From assembly GCF_050633145.1 (NCBI RefSeq), contig NZ_JBOEFY010000037.1, forward strand, positions 7,648-71,647: a stretch of DNA of 64,000 nt, read 5' to 3'. The notes beneath the pieces were generated by a model that was not told the DNA's origin, ran no database searches, and saw only the letters and a list, made by a program, of their open reading frames with translations. Below are positions 17,854-28,045 of the stretch, piece by piece. A program made the position numbers and the translations under genes. This DNA is from Kordia sp. GTDB taxonomy: Bacteria; Bacteroidota; Bacteroidia; Flavobacteriales; Flavobacteriaceae. Numbering within the stretch: position 1 is the stretch's first letter; each line of letters opens with the position of its first letter.

Positions 17854-18720
17854 ATGAAAAATACCATTACATTTTTATGCGCACTATTCATCCTCAATAT
17901 TAGTTTCGCGCAAAGCGACACAAAAGCAGCTTTTACCTTTGACAAAAAGTATTTCGAAGCAGTTGATACATGGGCAGTTTTTCCTAAAAAAGAAAAAGAT
18001 ACTACCTATATCATGGCATTCATCTATATAGATGAAGAAGCAGGTTTTACCATGAAGTATCAAAGTAATATTTTAATAACTCCTGAAGGGTTAAAAAATA
18101 AACCTGTACTCGATGACAATACAAATATGATAGCCAGATTAACACCAAATACAATTGATGTTGCCATTTTAACACCTCAGCAAGTGACAGCGCTTGGCTT
18201 ACCCGAACAACCTGATTGGCTAAAAATATATAAACAAGACGCTGAAAAAGTCTCCTATCTAAAAAATATAGGATATCACTACAATCATGTGGGCGCAAGT
18301 AAATTGGCATTAATTCCTTTACTAAAAGCCTATGAGAAAGAACCGCATTACAATGGTTTGGAATTTGAATTGTCATACGCATACAATGCAATTGGGCAGT
18401 TTGAAAAGGCAATTACAATCTTAGAAAAAGCAATTCACAACAATCCTAATAATTACTATTTCTTCCGCGAATTAGGTTTTTCTTATAAAAATTTAAATCG
18501 TGTTGAAGATGCAGAACGTATTTATAAAAAAGGAATTTCTATTTCGGATAATGATTTTGAAAAAAGTGAAATGGCAGTAAATATGGCGCAAACATATTTC
18601 CAACTTCGCAACAAAACTAAGTTTGACGAATGGGCAAAATTAACTCGAAAGTATGCTGAAAAAGATTCTCGGTACGCGAAGTTTATTGATTCTTTTGAAA
18701 GTAATTGGGATAAGAAGTAA
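17854..18720 (+). CDS. Secreted TPR-repeat protein
   Basis: Signal peptide ending SFAQ; TPR pattern ELSYAYNAIGQFEKAI..LEKAI...P, ELGFSYKNL. Confidence 0.78.
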   Translation: MKNTITFLCALFILNISFAQSDTKAAFTFDKKYFEAVDTWAVFPKKEKDTTYIMAFIYIDEEAGFTMKYQSNILITPEGLKNKPVLDDNTNMIARLTPNTIDVAILTPQQVTALGLPEQPDWLKIYKQDAEKVSYLKNIGYHYNHVGASKLALIPLLKAYEKEPHYNGLEFELSYAYNAIGQFEKAITILEKAIHNNPNNYYFFRELGFSYKNLNRVEDAERIYKKGISISDNDFEKSEMAVNMAQTYFQLRNKTKFDEWAKLTRKYAEKDSRYAKFIDSFESNWDKK

Positions 18721-18872
18721 CTTCACGCAAAAAATACAGTACATGCTTTTTTTAGTCCAATCGAATATTTATTTTGACCCAGATCATGAGCGTGTATGTG
18801 TTTGAGAAATTTCAAACTACTTACTAAAAACAAGCGAGTTCTTAGTATTTTTACACGAATTAAAAATTACTC

Positions 18873-19517
18873 ATGAAATTACTTTGTTCTTGGTCTGGCG
18901 GAAAAGATTCTTGTTACGCACTCATGCAAATGCAACAGCAACCAATTGTATTGTTGAACGCTTTGAATGAAAACGGTGAAATTAGTCGATCGCACGGACT
19001 TTCAAAAGCATTGCTACACGCGCAAGCTGATGCTTTAGGAACTTCTATTGACTTTATCTCCGCTACTTGGAGTGATTACACAAACAAATTTATTGGCAAG
19101 CTTAAAACGCTTGCAAATCAATATGAATTAACCGATGCTGTTTTTGGTGATATTGATATAGAATCGCATCGTGAATGGGAAGAAAAAGTCTGCAAAGCCG
19201 CAAATATTACCTGTAATTTACCGCTCTGGCAACAAGATCGAAAAACACTTGTTATAGAAATGATTGACGCAGGAATTGTTGCCATGATTGTTTCCTGTAA
19301 TGACGATTTAGGACCGGAGTTTTTAGGTAGAATTATCAATCATGAAACACTGGAATTACTAGAAGAAAAAGGCGTAGATGTTTGTGGCGAGAATGGCGAA
19401 TTTCACACCGTTGTTTTAGATTGTCCATTGTTCAATAAACCTATAGAAGTTATTCAAGGCGAAAAGCTTCATAATGGAACTGGTTATCATTTTTTAGAAT
19501 TATCGCTTAAAAATTAA
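18873..19517 (+). CDS. Diphthine-ammonia-ligase-like ATP pyrophosphatase (DUF71/MJ0570 family)
   Basis: SWSGGKDSC PP-loop, VFGDI, DVCGENGEFHT. Confidence 0.88.
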   Translation: MKLLCSWSGGKDSCYALMQMQQQPIVLLNALNENGEISRSHGLSKALLHAQADALGTSIDFISATWSDYTNKFIGKLKTLANQYELTDAVFGDIDIESHREWEEKVCKAANITCNLPLWQQDRKTLVIEMIDAGIVAMIVSCNDDLGPEFLGRIINHETLELLEEKGVDVCGENGEFHTVVLDCPLFNKPIEVIQGEKLHNGTGYHFLELSLKN

Positions 19518-19520
19518 TAG

Positions 19521-20072
19521 ATGAAAGATTGTATACAACTCAAAGATGTTACCTTAGAAAACTTACAAAAAGTAGTAACATATCTTGTCAATGAAATGAA
19601 GATTGAAGCTGCTGAAATATACAAAAGCAATAACAATTCAGACTTTATCATAACTTTCCCAAATGGCATTTCTAATGAGTTATTTATCTTTTTTTATTGT
19701 GCGCTTATGGCACACGATTTAGCAAATTCAAGAGATCTTTTAGGATGGTTTTTTGCGAATGATGATTTGACAAAACCGAATGCAAAAGGAAATGATTTTG
19801 GTAAATTTAAAAGCAGTTTTTTCTCAAAACGCATCATGATGACGCCAAATGGAGATGAAAAAGGAAATTTTCACCAACATGGAATCATTGAAACTGGCGT
19901 AGAAATTCATTTTGGAATGGATGGAACATATAAGGTTCAAAAAGAAACTCAATTAATCTATATGCAACCTATTAATAACCTAGATACTTATACTAAAATT
20001 GATACTATTGAAAAAACAGTTGTAGAAGCAAAAGGTTTTTTTGCTTCTTTAAAAAGTTTGTTTGGGTTCTAA
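19521..20072 (+). CDS. Hypothetical protein
   Basis: 183-aa ORF 3 nt after the upstream stop; no recognisable motif. Confidence 0.6.
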   Translation: MKDCIQLKDVTLENLQKVVTYLVNEMKIEAAEIYKSNNNSDFIITFPNGISNELFIFFYCALMAHDLANSRDLLGWFFANDDLTKPNAKGNDFGKFKSSFFSKRIMMTPNGDEKGNFHQHGIIETGVEIHFGMDGTYKVQKETQLIYMQPINNLDTYTKIDTIEKTVVEAKGFFASLKSLFGF

Positions 20073-20085
20073 ATTCCTATGTCAC

Positions 20086-23000
20086 CTAACGCGTAATTTT
20101 CTTCGTCAACGAACCTTTTTCTGTATCAATAATTACTAAATACATACCTGAGGCTTGTTCTCGTAAAGAAATTTTTTGATTCATATCTGTGATTGCTCCA
20201 ACCAATTGTCCTAGCATCGAATATACTTTTACACTATTGATAACCGTTCGCGTACGTTGTTTGATTTCTATTTCTTTATTGTTGTTTAAATATACCGCAA
20301 GCGCATCTTCTGCAATAACTTCTTCTTCTACACTTAAAATTGTATTGATAAATTGCAACTGAAATCTATCTGCAAAAATACCATCTGTCGTTTCAAATGT
20401 ATAAGGAGCTAATTTTAAATTGTGTGTAATGTTTAATTCTAAATCTTTCAGATACACCTCAACAACACTTGTGTTTAAGATTCCTTCTATTTGATCGATA
20501 CTAATAGTAATATCGCCCAATACAGCCGAATCATATCCTAAAGGAACAACGTCAGTATCTACAAATGCTGGTCGTCCTTGAATTCCGTATTGATGCGCAT
20601 CATCTTTTGAATAGAATCGCAAATAGTTTGAACCATTCAATCGAATTCCATCATACAATCGATCTTTTTGTAATGTAGCATCATCAAAGAAACCGATTAA
20701 CAATTGACTAAACGCGCCATCTGCATTTGTGAGATTCAACCAAATCCGATCACGTTCTTCGATAGATTCGGTTGTACTTTCAGCATTGCTTGGTCTGTAA
20801 AAATTTGTATTATCATGTGTATTGCTTCGCATGCTATTGTTAAATGTAACCGTTCCAGCAGTAATTGCTTCTATAAAGAAACCTTGCCCAGAAGCAACAA
20901 ACCCTGTTGGTGCTGTACTTCCACTTGTGGAACCTGTACCAACACCGCCAGAAGCATTATACATTGCATAATCGTCTGTACTGAAATTATATAAATCGGG
21001 CCCAGGATTTGACATGGAAGCATCATCAACATGCGTCCAGAAGTATAAGGTTCCTGTAATATTCGTATTTAATGTCACAAAATCGTCTGCGCTTATCGCT
21101 GATGGATATGGATTTCCGACAAAGTTCCAATCATCGTCCGTATCCGAAGCATCGGCACTTAAACTAATAGGCGAAGTAACAACACCATTATTTATAGCGC
21201 CACTAAATGTAACATTTTCTGTTCTTGGAAAACTTCCTGTAGTTGGTCCCATTGCAGCATACGCAACACCTGGCGTCATTGTATCTCCAGATAAAATATG
21301 CGCCCAAACATCATCATTGTCATCAAATTCATCATCGTCTAAATCTTCAAAATTAGCTGCTACATAGCTAAATGTTCTATCTAAACGCCAAGTTCCTAAT
21401 GCTGTTCCAAAAGTTGTGCTTGCAACTGGCGAAGACCAATAGGTATAATCATACTGCTCAAAAGAAGTTGTAGTTTTTTCAACATTTACAATTCCTGTTC
21501 CGTTTAGCGTGACTGTTCCTGAATCGTCTACCATCACTAGTGAACCTTGATGATTTATATTAAGAATTCCTGTATTGTTTACAGTTAAATCGTTTTCGAT
21601 ATCGATATATGTTCCTGCTGGAATTGTAGCAGTAACTCCACTATCAACTGTTAACGAACACACCGTTAAATTACCATGCGTTGTTGTATTATAGGTTCCT
21701 GCCAACGTAACTATTCTTGACCTATCGGGAGTTCCATTACTCCAAGTTGAACCATTCCAAGAAGTGACTCCTTCTTCATGTTCTCCTAGATATGGATTTG
21801 TGCCCGACACTGGACTTTCTACTTCTGCATCTGTAAATTCAACCCAATCATTAATATCCCATGTTGTAGATGGTCCAGTAGAAACACAAGAATTTCTCAC
21901 AAAGCATCTGCGATCTCCCCAAGTAGTTCCATCTCCAATAACATCTACTCTATTTGCCCAAGTATTGCTGTCAATACTTGTGGAAATTATCACCAAATCA
22001 TCTCCACTAAACAGACTTGCTGTAGATGGAAACTCAAACGTAGGATTCCCGTCATACCCAACTTCTCCTGGCGAAGCATAGGCTGGCAATACAGCTGTAT
22101 CATGCTTGTAACGGCGTACTTCTCCAATTGCCATATCTGTGGATATCAATATATTATTATTGATTGATGGTGAACCTGAATCTGAAGGATCTGCCGAAGC
22201 CGGATTGTCTGCATCTAAATTATTTAAAACTACAATATAATACGTATTGGCTGGGATTATAGCTCCGCTTACGTTTTTTACTTCAATCCATTTATCTGTA
22301 GAAGCGCCTTCATAATATTGTGTAATCATGATATCACTAGAACCAGCACCATCATTGTCTGTAATTGTTAGTGTATGCGTCGAATTTGTTCCTATAGAAG
22401 GCGTAGTTCCTCCAGAAACATTTTGTAAGTTTAAAATAACCGTTTCACTAGGTTCTGTTACCGCATCATCATTTGAGATAAAGATAGACACACATTGGTT
22501 TGTTGATGATCCTGCTGGAAATGTTAGCGTTACTGGAAACGAGATTGCAGCTGGCGATCCTGCACCATCATCGTAATCTGTTCCATTGGTTGCAGTACTT
22601 GCGCCATCAAGTGCAACTTCAACCGTTGTTGCTGTAGAACCACTAGGATTCGTAATTGCAACACATACATCGATGGTAACTCCATCTTCCGCTAGTGTTG
22701 AGGTAGTACTTACAAATTCTACCTGCGTGCTTGCACATGGAGATAGTAATGAGTTTGTTCCTGGCGATCCACCAATAGTGACTTCTTGCCAATTGGTTCC
22801 TGTATCAGAATTGTCCATTGAAACATCAACTACATGTAGAGAAGCATCATTTCCATTTCCTCCGTCGCCACTTGCATAGGTTACTACATCGGCAACTGTA
22901 GTTCCGTCTGCGGCAAATAGTGTAATTGTATCTGTTGAGTTTACTAAATTGTTTGTGCTATTTGTACTAGCATCTTCTCCTTCATCTGGCGTAAAATTAC

Positions 23001-24189
23001 ATCCATTATTGTAGGTTCCGTCACCATTACTTCCAAGCGATATTGTGATACAAGCGCCATCTGCTAGTGTTGTGCTTCCTCCAAATGTGTGTTCGGTAAC
23101 ACCACCAACATCAATAATATAAGAGCTTAAGTCTTGTGTGCTTCCAGAAACATTACATATTTCTATCCATTCGTCATCAGTACTCGTAGTATTGTACATG
23201 ATTTCTGTGATGACCACATCTGCTGTTGGAGGTGCATTTACGTCCAATTGTACAGAATCATTACTCCAAACACCACCAGTTCCTCCATAGGTAAAATTAC
23301 AACTATTGAGTCGAAAGCGAGAAGCATAGTAATACGTTCCTATTGCCAACCCTGAACCAATTTCTGCTATAAATTCGTCATTATTTCCCGATTGTGTATT
23401 AAACGTTGCTACAACCCATGTCCAACCAGCTCCAACACTAGGATCATTATTTGTTGTATTGTAACCAATCCATGCTTCAATTCCTGCACCTGCGCCTGCT
23501 GCTTCTGTGACTCCTAATTCAAATGTTTGTGCTGTTACATTAAAAGTATCGCCCACTGTTATTGTTTGTGGTGAAGATGTTGGCGATTGAATATTTGCCG
23601 TATCAACAGCATCTGTACATGAAGAAACTACTGTTCCATTTACGATAATATCATTTCCTGAACCTTCAAATCCTCCTGAACCGCCTGTAGATTCTGAAAA
23701 ACCATATATTCTATATGTAACTGCTGCTGAATTTCCTGTTTGACTTACTGTAAATGTAATTACTTGTGTACTTGTATTATCGACGATAGCCATTTCTGCA
23801 TCAATATTTGCCGCATAACTATCTAATGAACTTCGCAAAGAAATAGCACTTAGTCCAGTTCCCGAACGTTGTACATTGAAGACCATCGTTGTTACATTGA
23901 AATCAAAACCACTGTTAGGTGTGATTGTGAATTCCATATAATCATTTCCTGAGACAGCATTTGCTATACTTGTTGTTGCCCAAGAAGTGGCATTAAATCT
24001 ATTTCCGTTGTTAGATGCAGTAAGTCCGCTACCTCTAGTTATGGTTGAAGTAGATAGGTTTGCATCGTTTGTATTTGATACCGCTGAAGCTTCGTTTCCT
24101 GCTAATCCATTGAAATCAAAGGTTAAAATTTGACCATGACCAATAAAACACATTAGAAAAAAGAAAACGGGGGCTATTTTTTTTTTCAT
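20086..24189 (-). CDS. T9SS-secreted multidomain surface protein (lamin-tail and Calx-beta-like domains, type A CTD)
   Basis: Signal peptide; VVITEIMYN..DEWIEICN (LTD); EFVSTTSTLAED (Calx-beta-like); C-terminal VKVYSMLGQLV..SGMYLVII..GSLTKKI. Confidence 0.82.
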   Translation of the reverse strand: MKKKIAPVFFFLMCFIGHGQILTFDFNGLAGNEASAVSNTNDANLSTSTITRGSGLTASNNGNRFNATSWATTSIANAVSGNDYMEFTITPNSGFDFNVTTMVFNVQRSGTGLSAISLRSSLDSYAANIDAEMAIVDNTSTQVITFTVSQTGNSAAVTYRIYGFSESTGGSGGFEGSGNDIIVNGTVVSSCTDAVDTANIQSPTSSPQTITVGDTFNVTAQTFELGVTEAAGAGAGIEAWIGYNTTNNDPSVGAGWTWVVATFNTQSGNNDEFIAEIGSGLAIGTYYYASRFRLNSCNFTYGGTGGVWSNDSVQLDVNAPPTADVVITEIMYNTTSTDDEWIEICNVSGSTQDLSSYIIDVGGVTEHTFGGSTTLADGACITISLGSNGDGTYNNGCNFTPDEGEDASTNSTNNLVNSTDTITLFAADGTTVADVVTYASGDGGNGNDASLHVVDVSMDNSDTGTNWQEVTIGGSPGTNSLLSPCASTQVEFVSTTSTLAEDGVTIDVCVAITNPSGSTATTVEVALDGASTATNGTDYDDGAGSPAAISFPVTLTFPAGSSTNQCVSIFISNDDAVTEPSETVILNLQNVSGGTTPSIGTNSTHTLTITDNDGAGSSDIMITQYYEGASTDKWIEVKNVSGAIIPANTYYIVVLNNLDADNPASADPSDSGSPSINNNILISTDMAIGEVRRYKHDTAVLPAYASPGEVGYDGNPTFEFPSTASLFSGDDLVIISTSIDSNTWANRVDVIGDGTTWGDRRCFVRNSCVSTGPSTTWDINDWVEFTDAEVESPVSGTNPYLGEHEEGVTSWNGSTWSNGTPDRSRIVTLAGTYNTTTHGNLTVCSLTVDSGVTATIPAGTYIDIENDLTVNNTGILNINHQGSLVMVDDSGTVTLNGTGIVNVEKTTTSFEQYDYTYWSSPVASTTFGTALGTWRLDRTFSYVAANFEDLDDDEFDDNDDVWAHILSGDTMTPGVAYAAMGPTTGSFPRTENVTFSGAINNGVVTSPISLSADASDTDDDWNFVGNPYPSAISADDFVTLNTNITGTLYFWTHVDDASMSNPGPDLYNFSTDDYAMYNASGGVGTGSTSGSTAPTGFVASGQGFFIEAITAGTVTFNNSMRSNTHDNTNFYRPSNAESTTESIEERDRIWLNLTNADGAFSQLLIGFFDDATLQKDRLYDGIRLNGSNYLRFYSKDDAHQYGIQGRPAFVDTDVVPLGYDSAVLGDITISIDQIEGILNTSVVEVYLKDLELNITHNLKLAPYTFETTDGIFADRFQLQFINTILSVEEEVIAEDALAVYLNNNKEIEIKQRTRTVINSVKVYSMLGQLVGAITDMNQKISLREQASGMYLVIIDTEKGSLTKKITR

Positions 24190-24294
24190 ACCGCTACATT
24201 TTATAACCCTACTAAGATACTGGATTATCAGCTAATTATCAAGAGTCTAAAAACTTGTTTCTGTAAATAAATAGTTATTCTTTTGTAACCTCGT

Positions 24295-24765
24295 ATGGAA
24301 AAAAAGTCTTATTCAATTACCGAAGCCAAAGTAAAACTGCAACAATTTTGCGCTTATCAAGACCGTTGCCATAAAGAAGTTGTTGAAAAATTACAGAAAA
24401 TAAACATGATTCCTGAAGCTATCGATTTGATTGTAACCGAATTGATTCAAGATAATTTTTTAAATGAGGAACGCTTTGCTAGAAGTTTTGCCAGAGGAAA
24501 GTTTAGAATAAAAAAATGGGGGCGTTTACGTATTGTTAGAGAGTTGAAGTTTCGGAATATTTCGAAATATAATATTGATGCAGCGCTGAAAGAAATTGAA
24601 GAAGCTGACTATTTAAACACATTGGATGAATTGGCTAGGAAACGTGCTAATGCTGTAAAAGAGACAAATCCGCTTAAGCGAAAAAAGAAAATTGCTGATT
24701 ATTTATTTTATAGAGGTTGGGAATCGCACTTGGTTTACGAAAAGATCAATGAGTTGGTGAAGTAA
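24295..24765 (+). CDS. recX: Regulatory protein RecX
   Basis: CAYQDRCHKEV, NFLNEERFA, KKWGR..I, YLFYRGWE. Confidence 0.92.
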   Translation: MEKKSYSITEAKVKLQQFCAYQDRCHKEVVEKLQKINMIPEAIDLIVTELIQDNFLNEERFARSFARGKFRIKKWGRLRIVRELKFRNISKYNIDAALKEIEEADYLNTLDELARKRANAVKETNPLKRKKKIADYLFYRGWESHLVYEKINELVK

Positions 24766-24818
24766 GTTTATGAATTAGTGTAATTTTGCACATAACGATC
24801 CAGAAAAGAAGAATTTTT

Positions 24819-25394
24819 ATGGCAACACTTACATCTCATATTTCTTCAAATAGTAGAGCATACATGCGATTTATTTTTGCAGCTTTATTTTTAACTATGA
24901 TTCCTTTAAGATTTTGGAGTATTTATAACCTTGTCTTTTCTAGTCTTATATTTTTTATGCTTGTTTATGATTTATTCAAAAGAAACTATCCTCAAAATCA
25001 ACTTGAAGCATCTTCATACTATCTATTTTGGATTGTAGCATTTTTAACTATTATCACTAATATTAACTTACGTTATAATTACTTTGATTCTGATTTTAGC
25101 TCCTCATTTTTGCATTATCCGATTAAAGAAATTTTAATTATAAAGTCTATAGTTTTTATTATTTCCTTTATTAGATATCGGAGTATTGTAGTCACAAAAA
25201 CCATTTTAAGTAAACTTTGGCTCGTAACCATGTCTTTACATTTCGCTTTTCTTTTATTAAATTCAACTTACAGTTTTCAAATTATATCTTACAACTTAGC
25301 CATTATTTCCGCTATAGAAACTGTACTTATTATTTTTACAGAAAAGGAGTTATTAATATATAAATCGAGTATTTTCGATTTTTTGTGGGATTAA
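24819..25394 (+). CDS. Hypothetical integral membrane protein
   Basis: Multiple hydrophobic segments; C-half weakly resembles flavobacterial CDP-alcohol phosphatidyltransferase-like proteins but has no DGxxAR motif. Confidence 0.5.
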   Translation: MATLTSHISSNSRAYMRFIFAALFLTMIPLRFWSIYNLVFSSLIFFMLVYDLFKRNYPQNQLEASSYYLFWIVAFLTIITNINLRYNYFDSDFSSSFLHYPIKEILIIKSIVFIISFIRYRSIVVTKTILSKLWLVTMSLHFAFLLLNSTYSFQIISYNLAIISAIETVLIIFTEKELLIYKSSIFDFLWD

Positions 25395-25438
25395 AAATTC
25401 TAATAAACAACAAAACAAAGACTTGTGCTTGTCTATCA

Positions 25439-26314
25439 TTAGCGTATTTCTAGATTATTCTTTCGATGCGTTCGTAAAACAGCTTCCTCATTTTTCCAAT
25501 CAATCCATTTTTGCCCCTTTATTTTACGCATGAAATTGTCGTAATGTCTCATGATAAAAAAGTTATACACTGCTCTCCCTAAGTTTTTTGGATTCTTAGC
25601 AAATGAGCGCAAACTCATAGAGAAACCTGGTGTTATGTATTTCATGTAATGCCAATATCCTTCTGGCATATAAAGTATGTTCCCATGTTCTAACTCTGTA
25701 ATATGCCCTTGTGCTTTTTGCAAGGCTGGCCATTTTTCAAAGTCAGGATTTGAGAAGTCAATATCTTCACGAACAATCAGAGAATGTGGAATTTTGTAGA
25801 GGTAATCATTTTGTTTTTGATCGAACAGAATGCATTGTTTTTTTCCTTCAAAATGAAAGTGAAAAATATTAGCTAAGTCAATATCATAATGCATAAACGT
25901 ATGTGAGTTGGTTCCTCCAAAGAATAACATTGGTAAGGATTTCATCAACTTTAATCCAAAATCTGGATAGGTATAGTCATTTTGGAGCGAAGGAATTTCT
26001 TTTAGAATATTCCACAGAAAAATACGATATTTTGTAGGTTCTCGTTTGAGTAAATCTACATATTCCGACATTTTCATTTTTGCATGTGGTTCGTTGAAAC
26101 CATCTTTATAATCTACAGGTCTGTCATCATATAGTGGGACTTCTTTATCGCCCGCTATTTCTTTCATATACTCCAAACTCCATTTGGTATACGCAGGCCA
26201 ATCTTCAATAAAATTTTCTATCACCACAGGTTTCTGTGGCTTAAAGTAATTTTTAATAAAGTCTTCTTTGGTAATTGTTTTAACCCTTGGAATTTCTTGT
26301 AGATTCAATTTCAA
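25439..26314 (-). CDS. JmjC/cupin-8 Fe(II)/2OG oxygenase
   Basis: PQKPVVI..DWPA..KW, FFGG..THMHYD (HxD), LYMPEGYWH. Confidence 0.88.
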   Translation of the reverse strand: MKLNLQEIPRVKTITKEDFIKNYFKPQKPVVIENFIEDWPAYTKWSLEYMKEIAGDKEVPLYDDRPVDYKDGFNEPHAKMKMSEYVDLLKREPTKYRIFLWNILKEIPSLQNDYTYPDFGLKLMKSLPMLFFGGTNSHTFMHYDIDLANIFHFHFEGKKQCILFDQKQNDYLYKIPHSLIVREDIDFSNPDFEKWPALQKAQGHITELEHGNILYMPEGYWHYMKYITPGFSMSLRSFAKNPKNLGRAVYNFFIMRHYDNFMRKIKGQKWIDWKNEEAVLRTHRKNNLEIR

Positions 26315-26374
26315 AATTCTAACGTTTATTCTAGCTAAGTTAATAAATTGTTATGAAAAATATATTTTTTAAAC

Positions 26375-26404
26375 AAAAAAAGAGCTCAATTATGAGCTCT
26401 TTTT
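26375..26404 (-). terminator. Intrinsic terminator after bioB
   Basis: aaaaaagagctc-aattat-gagctctttt. Confidence 0.75.
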
Positions 26405-26427
26405 AGAATATATTTTGATACTCATTA

Positions 26428-27534
26428 CTATTTCTTTTCTAATGCGGCGGCTTTCTTGTTTTCTTTTGCCTGCTCGTTTCGTTCGATTGTATGCCCTGGT
26501 CTTGACCATTTTGGTTTTTCTCCTAGCGCTTGATACTGAGAATCTTCAGCTTCTACAGTTTGTGGTTGCACCTTCTTTGTAAATGGTTTTTGAGGATTTA
26601 ATCCTAACATTTCAAACATTTTCATGTCTTCATTTACATCTGGATTTGGTGTTGTTAGTAATTTATCTCCCGCAAAAATAGAGTTTGCGCCAGCAAAGAA
26701 ACACATTGCTTGTCCTTCTCTACTCATGTTGGTTCTTCCAGCAGATAAACGTACTTGTGTTTCTGGCATTACAATTCTTGTGGTAGCTACCATACGAATC
26801 ATATCCCAAATTTCTACAGGTTTTTCATTTTCTAACGGAGTTCCGTCAACAGCTACTAATGCATTGATTGGTACAGATTCTGGTTGCGGATTTAATGTTG
26901 CCAAAGCGGCTACCATTCCTGCACGATCTTCTACAGATTCTCCCATTCCTATAATTCCACCACTACAAACCGTTACATTGGTTTTACGAACATTATCAAT
27001 CGTTTCCAAACGATCTTCATATCCACGTGTTGAGATGACTTCTTTATAGTATTCTTCCGATGAGTCTAAGTTGTGATTGTAAGCGTACAACCCTGCTTCT
27101 GCTAAACGTTGTGCTTGGTTTTCTGTCACCATTCCTAGCGTACAGCAAACTTCCATATCTAGTTTATTAATGGTACGTACCATTTCTAATACTTGATCGA
27201 ATTCTGGTCCGTCTTTTACATTTCTCCATGCTGCTCCCATACATACTCGCGAGCTTCCCGAAGCTTTGGCACGTAATGCTTGTGCTTTTACATGCGAAAC
27301 GGTCATTAAATCATTTCCTTCAATATCGGTATGGTAACGTGCTGCTTGCGGACAATACCCACAATCTTCAGGACATCCTCCCGTTTTTATAGATAGTAAT
27401 GTAGACACTTGCACGGTATTTGGATCGTGATGAACTCTGTGTACCGTTGCTGCTTCATATAGCAATTCCATCATTGGTTTGTTGTAAATCGCTATGATTT
27501 CTTCTTTAGTCCAATTGTGTCGAATGTTGTTCAT
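26428..27534 (-). CDS. bioB: Biotin synthase
   Basis: SIKTGGCPEDCGYCPQ radical SAM motif, CMGAAWR, YNHNLD, PESVPIN, RLSAGR, AGANSIF. Confidence 0.97.
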   Translation of the reverse strand: MNNIRHNWTKEEIIAIYNKPMMELLYEAATVHRVHHDPNTVQVSTLLSIKTGGCPEDCGYCPQAARYHTDIEGNDLMTVSHVKAQALRAKASGSSRVCMGAAWRNVKDGPEFDQVLEMVRTINKLDMEVCCTLGMVTENQAQRLAEAGLYAYNHNLDSSEEYYKEVISTRGYEDRLETIDNVRKTNVTVCSGGIIGMGESVEDRAGMVAALATLNPQPESVPINALVAVDGTPLENEKPVEIWDMIRMVATTRIVMPETQVRLSAGRTNMSREGQAMCFFAGANSIFAGDKLLTTPNPDVNEDMKMFEMLGLNPQKPFTKKVQPQTVEAEDSQYQALGEKPKWSRPGHTIERNEQAKENKKAAALEKK

Positions 27535-27562
27535 AAAAAAGTAAGTTTGGTGACAAAAATAG

Positions 27563-28045
27563 TTATAACCATTTAGATTCTGCTTCTGTTGCGTCTAAAA
27601 TATCAATTTTTAATATTTCTGCTATTTGTTTTGCTATTTGAAATGCTTTTTCTTTCTTTTTTGCGGTGTATGCTTTGATGCGATGATTTCCATTGTAAAA
27701 TAAATTTACAATAATAACATTACTTCGTACTCTCGCTTCCGCAGAACGAGAACGTACCATGACCGATTCTGTCGTACTAAACACGGAAACATAGTCTATT
27801 TCTGGTAATTCTTTCCATTTTCCATATCGAATTCCAAATACTTCTGTGAAAGTTCGATACTTATTCGCTTCAAAATCAATTTCAGATCCATCTGTATAAA
27901 GATAAAAAAAAGATAACCCGCAAAGAATAAAACCATAGAGAAAGCCTGTAATAAGCAATACAATTCCGCAAGCAAGTGCAACCATTCCTAAAAGTGTTTT
28001 TATGATGAGTACATCTTCTTTAAAGACAATTTTTGTATCACTCAT
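27563..28045 (-). CDS. Hypothetical membrane protein (paralogue of 42560..43063)
   Basis: Two N-terminal TM helices; LPEIDYVSVF, VNLFY, IDILDATE..SKW shared with 42560; start moved to MSDTKIV. Confidence 0.7.
   Translation of the reverse strand: MSDTKIVFKEDVLIIKTLLGMVALACGIVLLITGFLYGFILCGLSFFYLYTDGSEIDFEANKYRTFTEVFGIRYGKWKELPEIDYVSVFSTTESVMVRSRSAEARVRSNVIIVNLFYNGNHRIKAYTAKKKEKAFQIAKQIAEILKIDILDATEAESKWL

Noticed and set aside
24819-25394. CDP-alcohol phosphatidyltransferase call
   Set aside because: Only weak C-terminal resemblance, and the catalytic DGxxAR...D motif is missing
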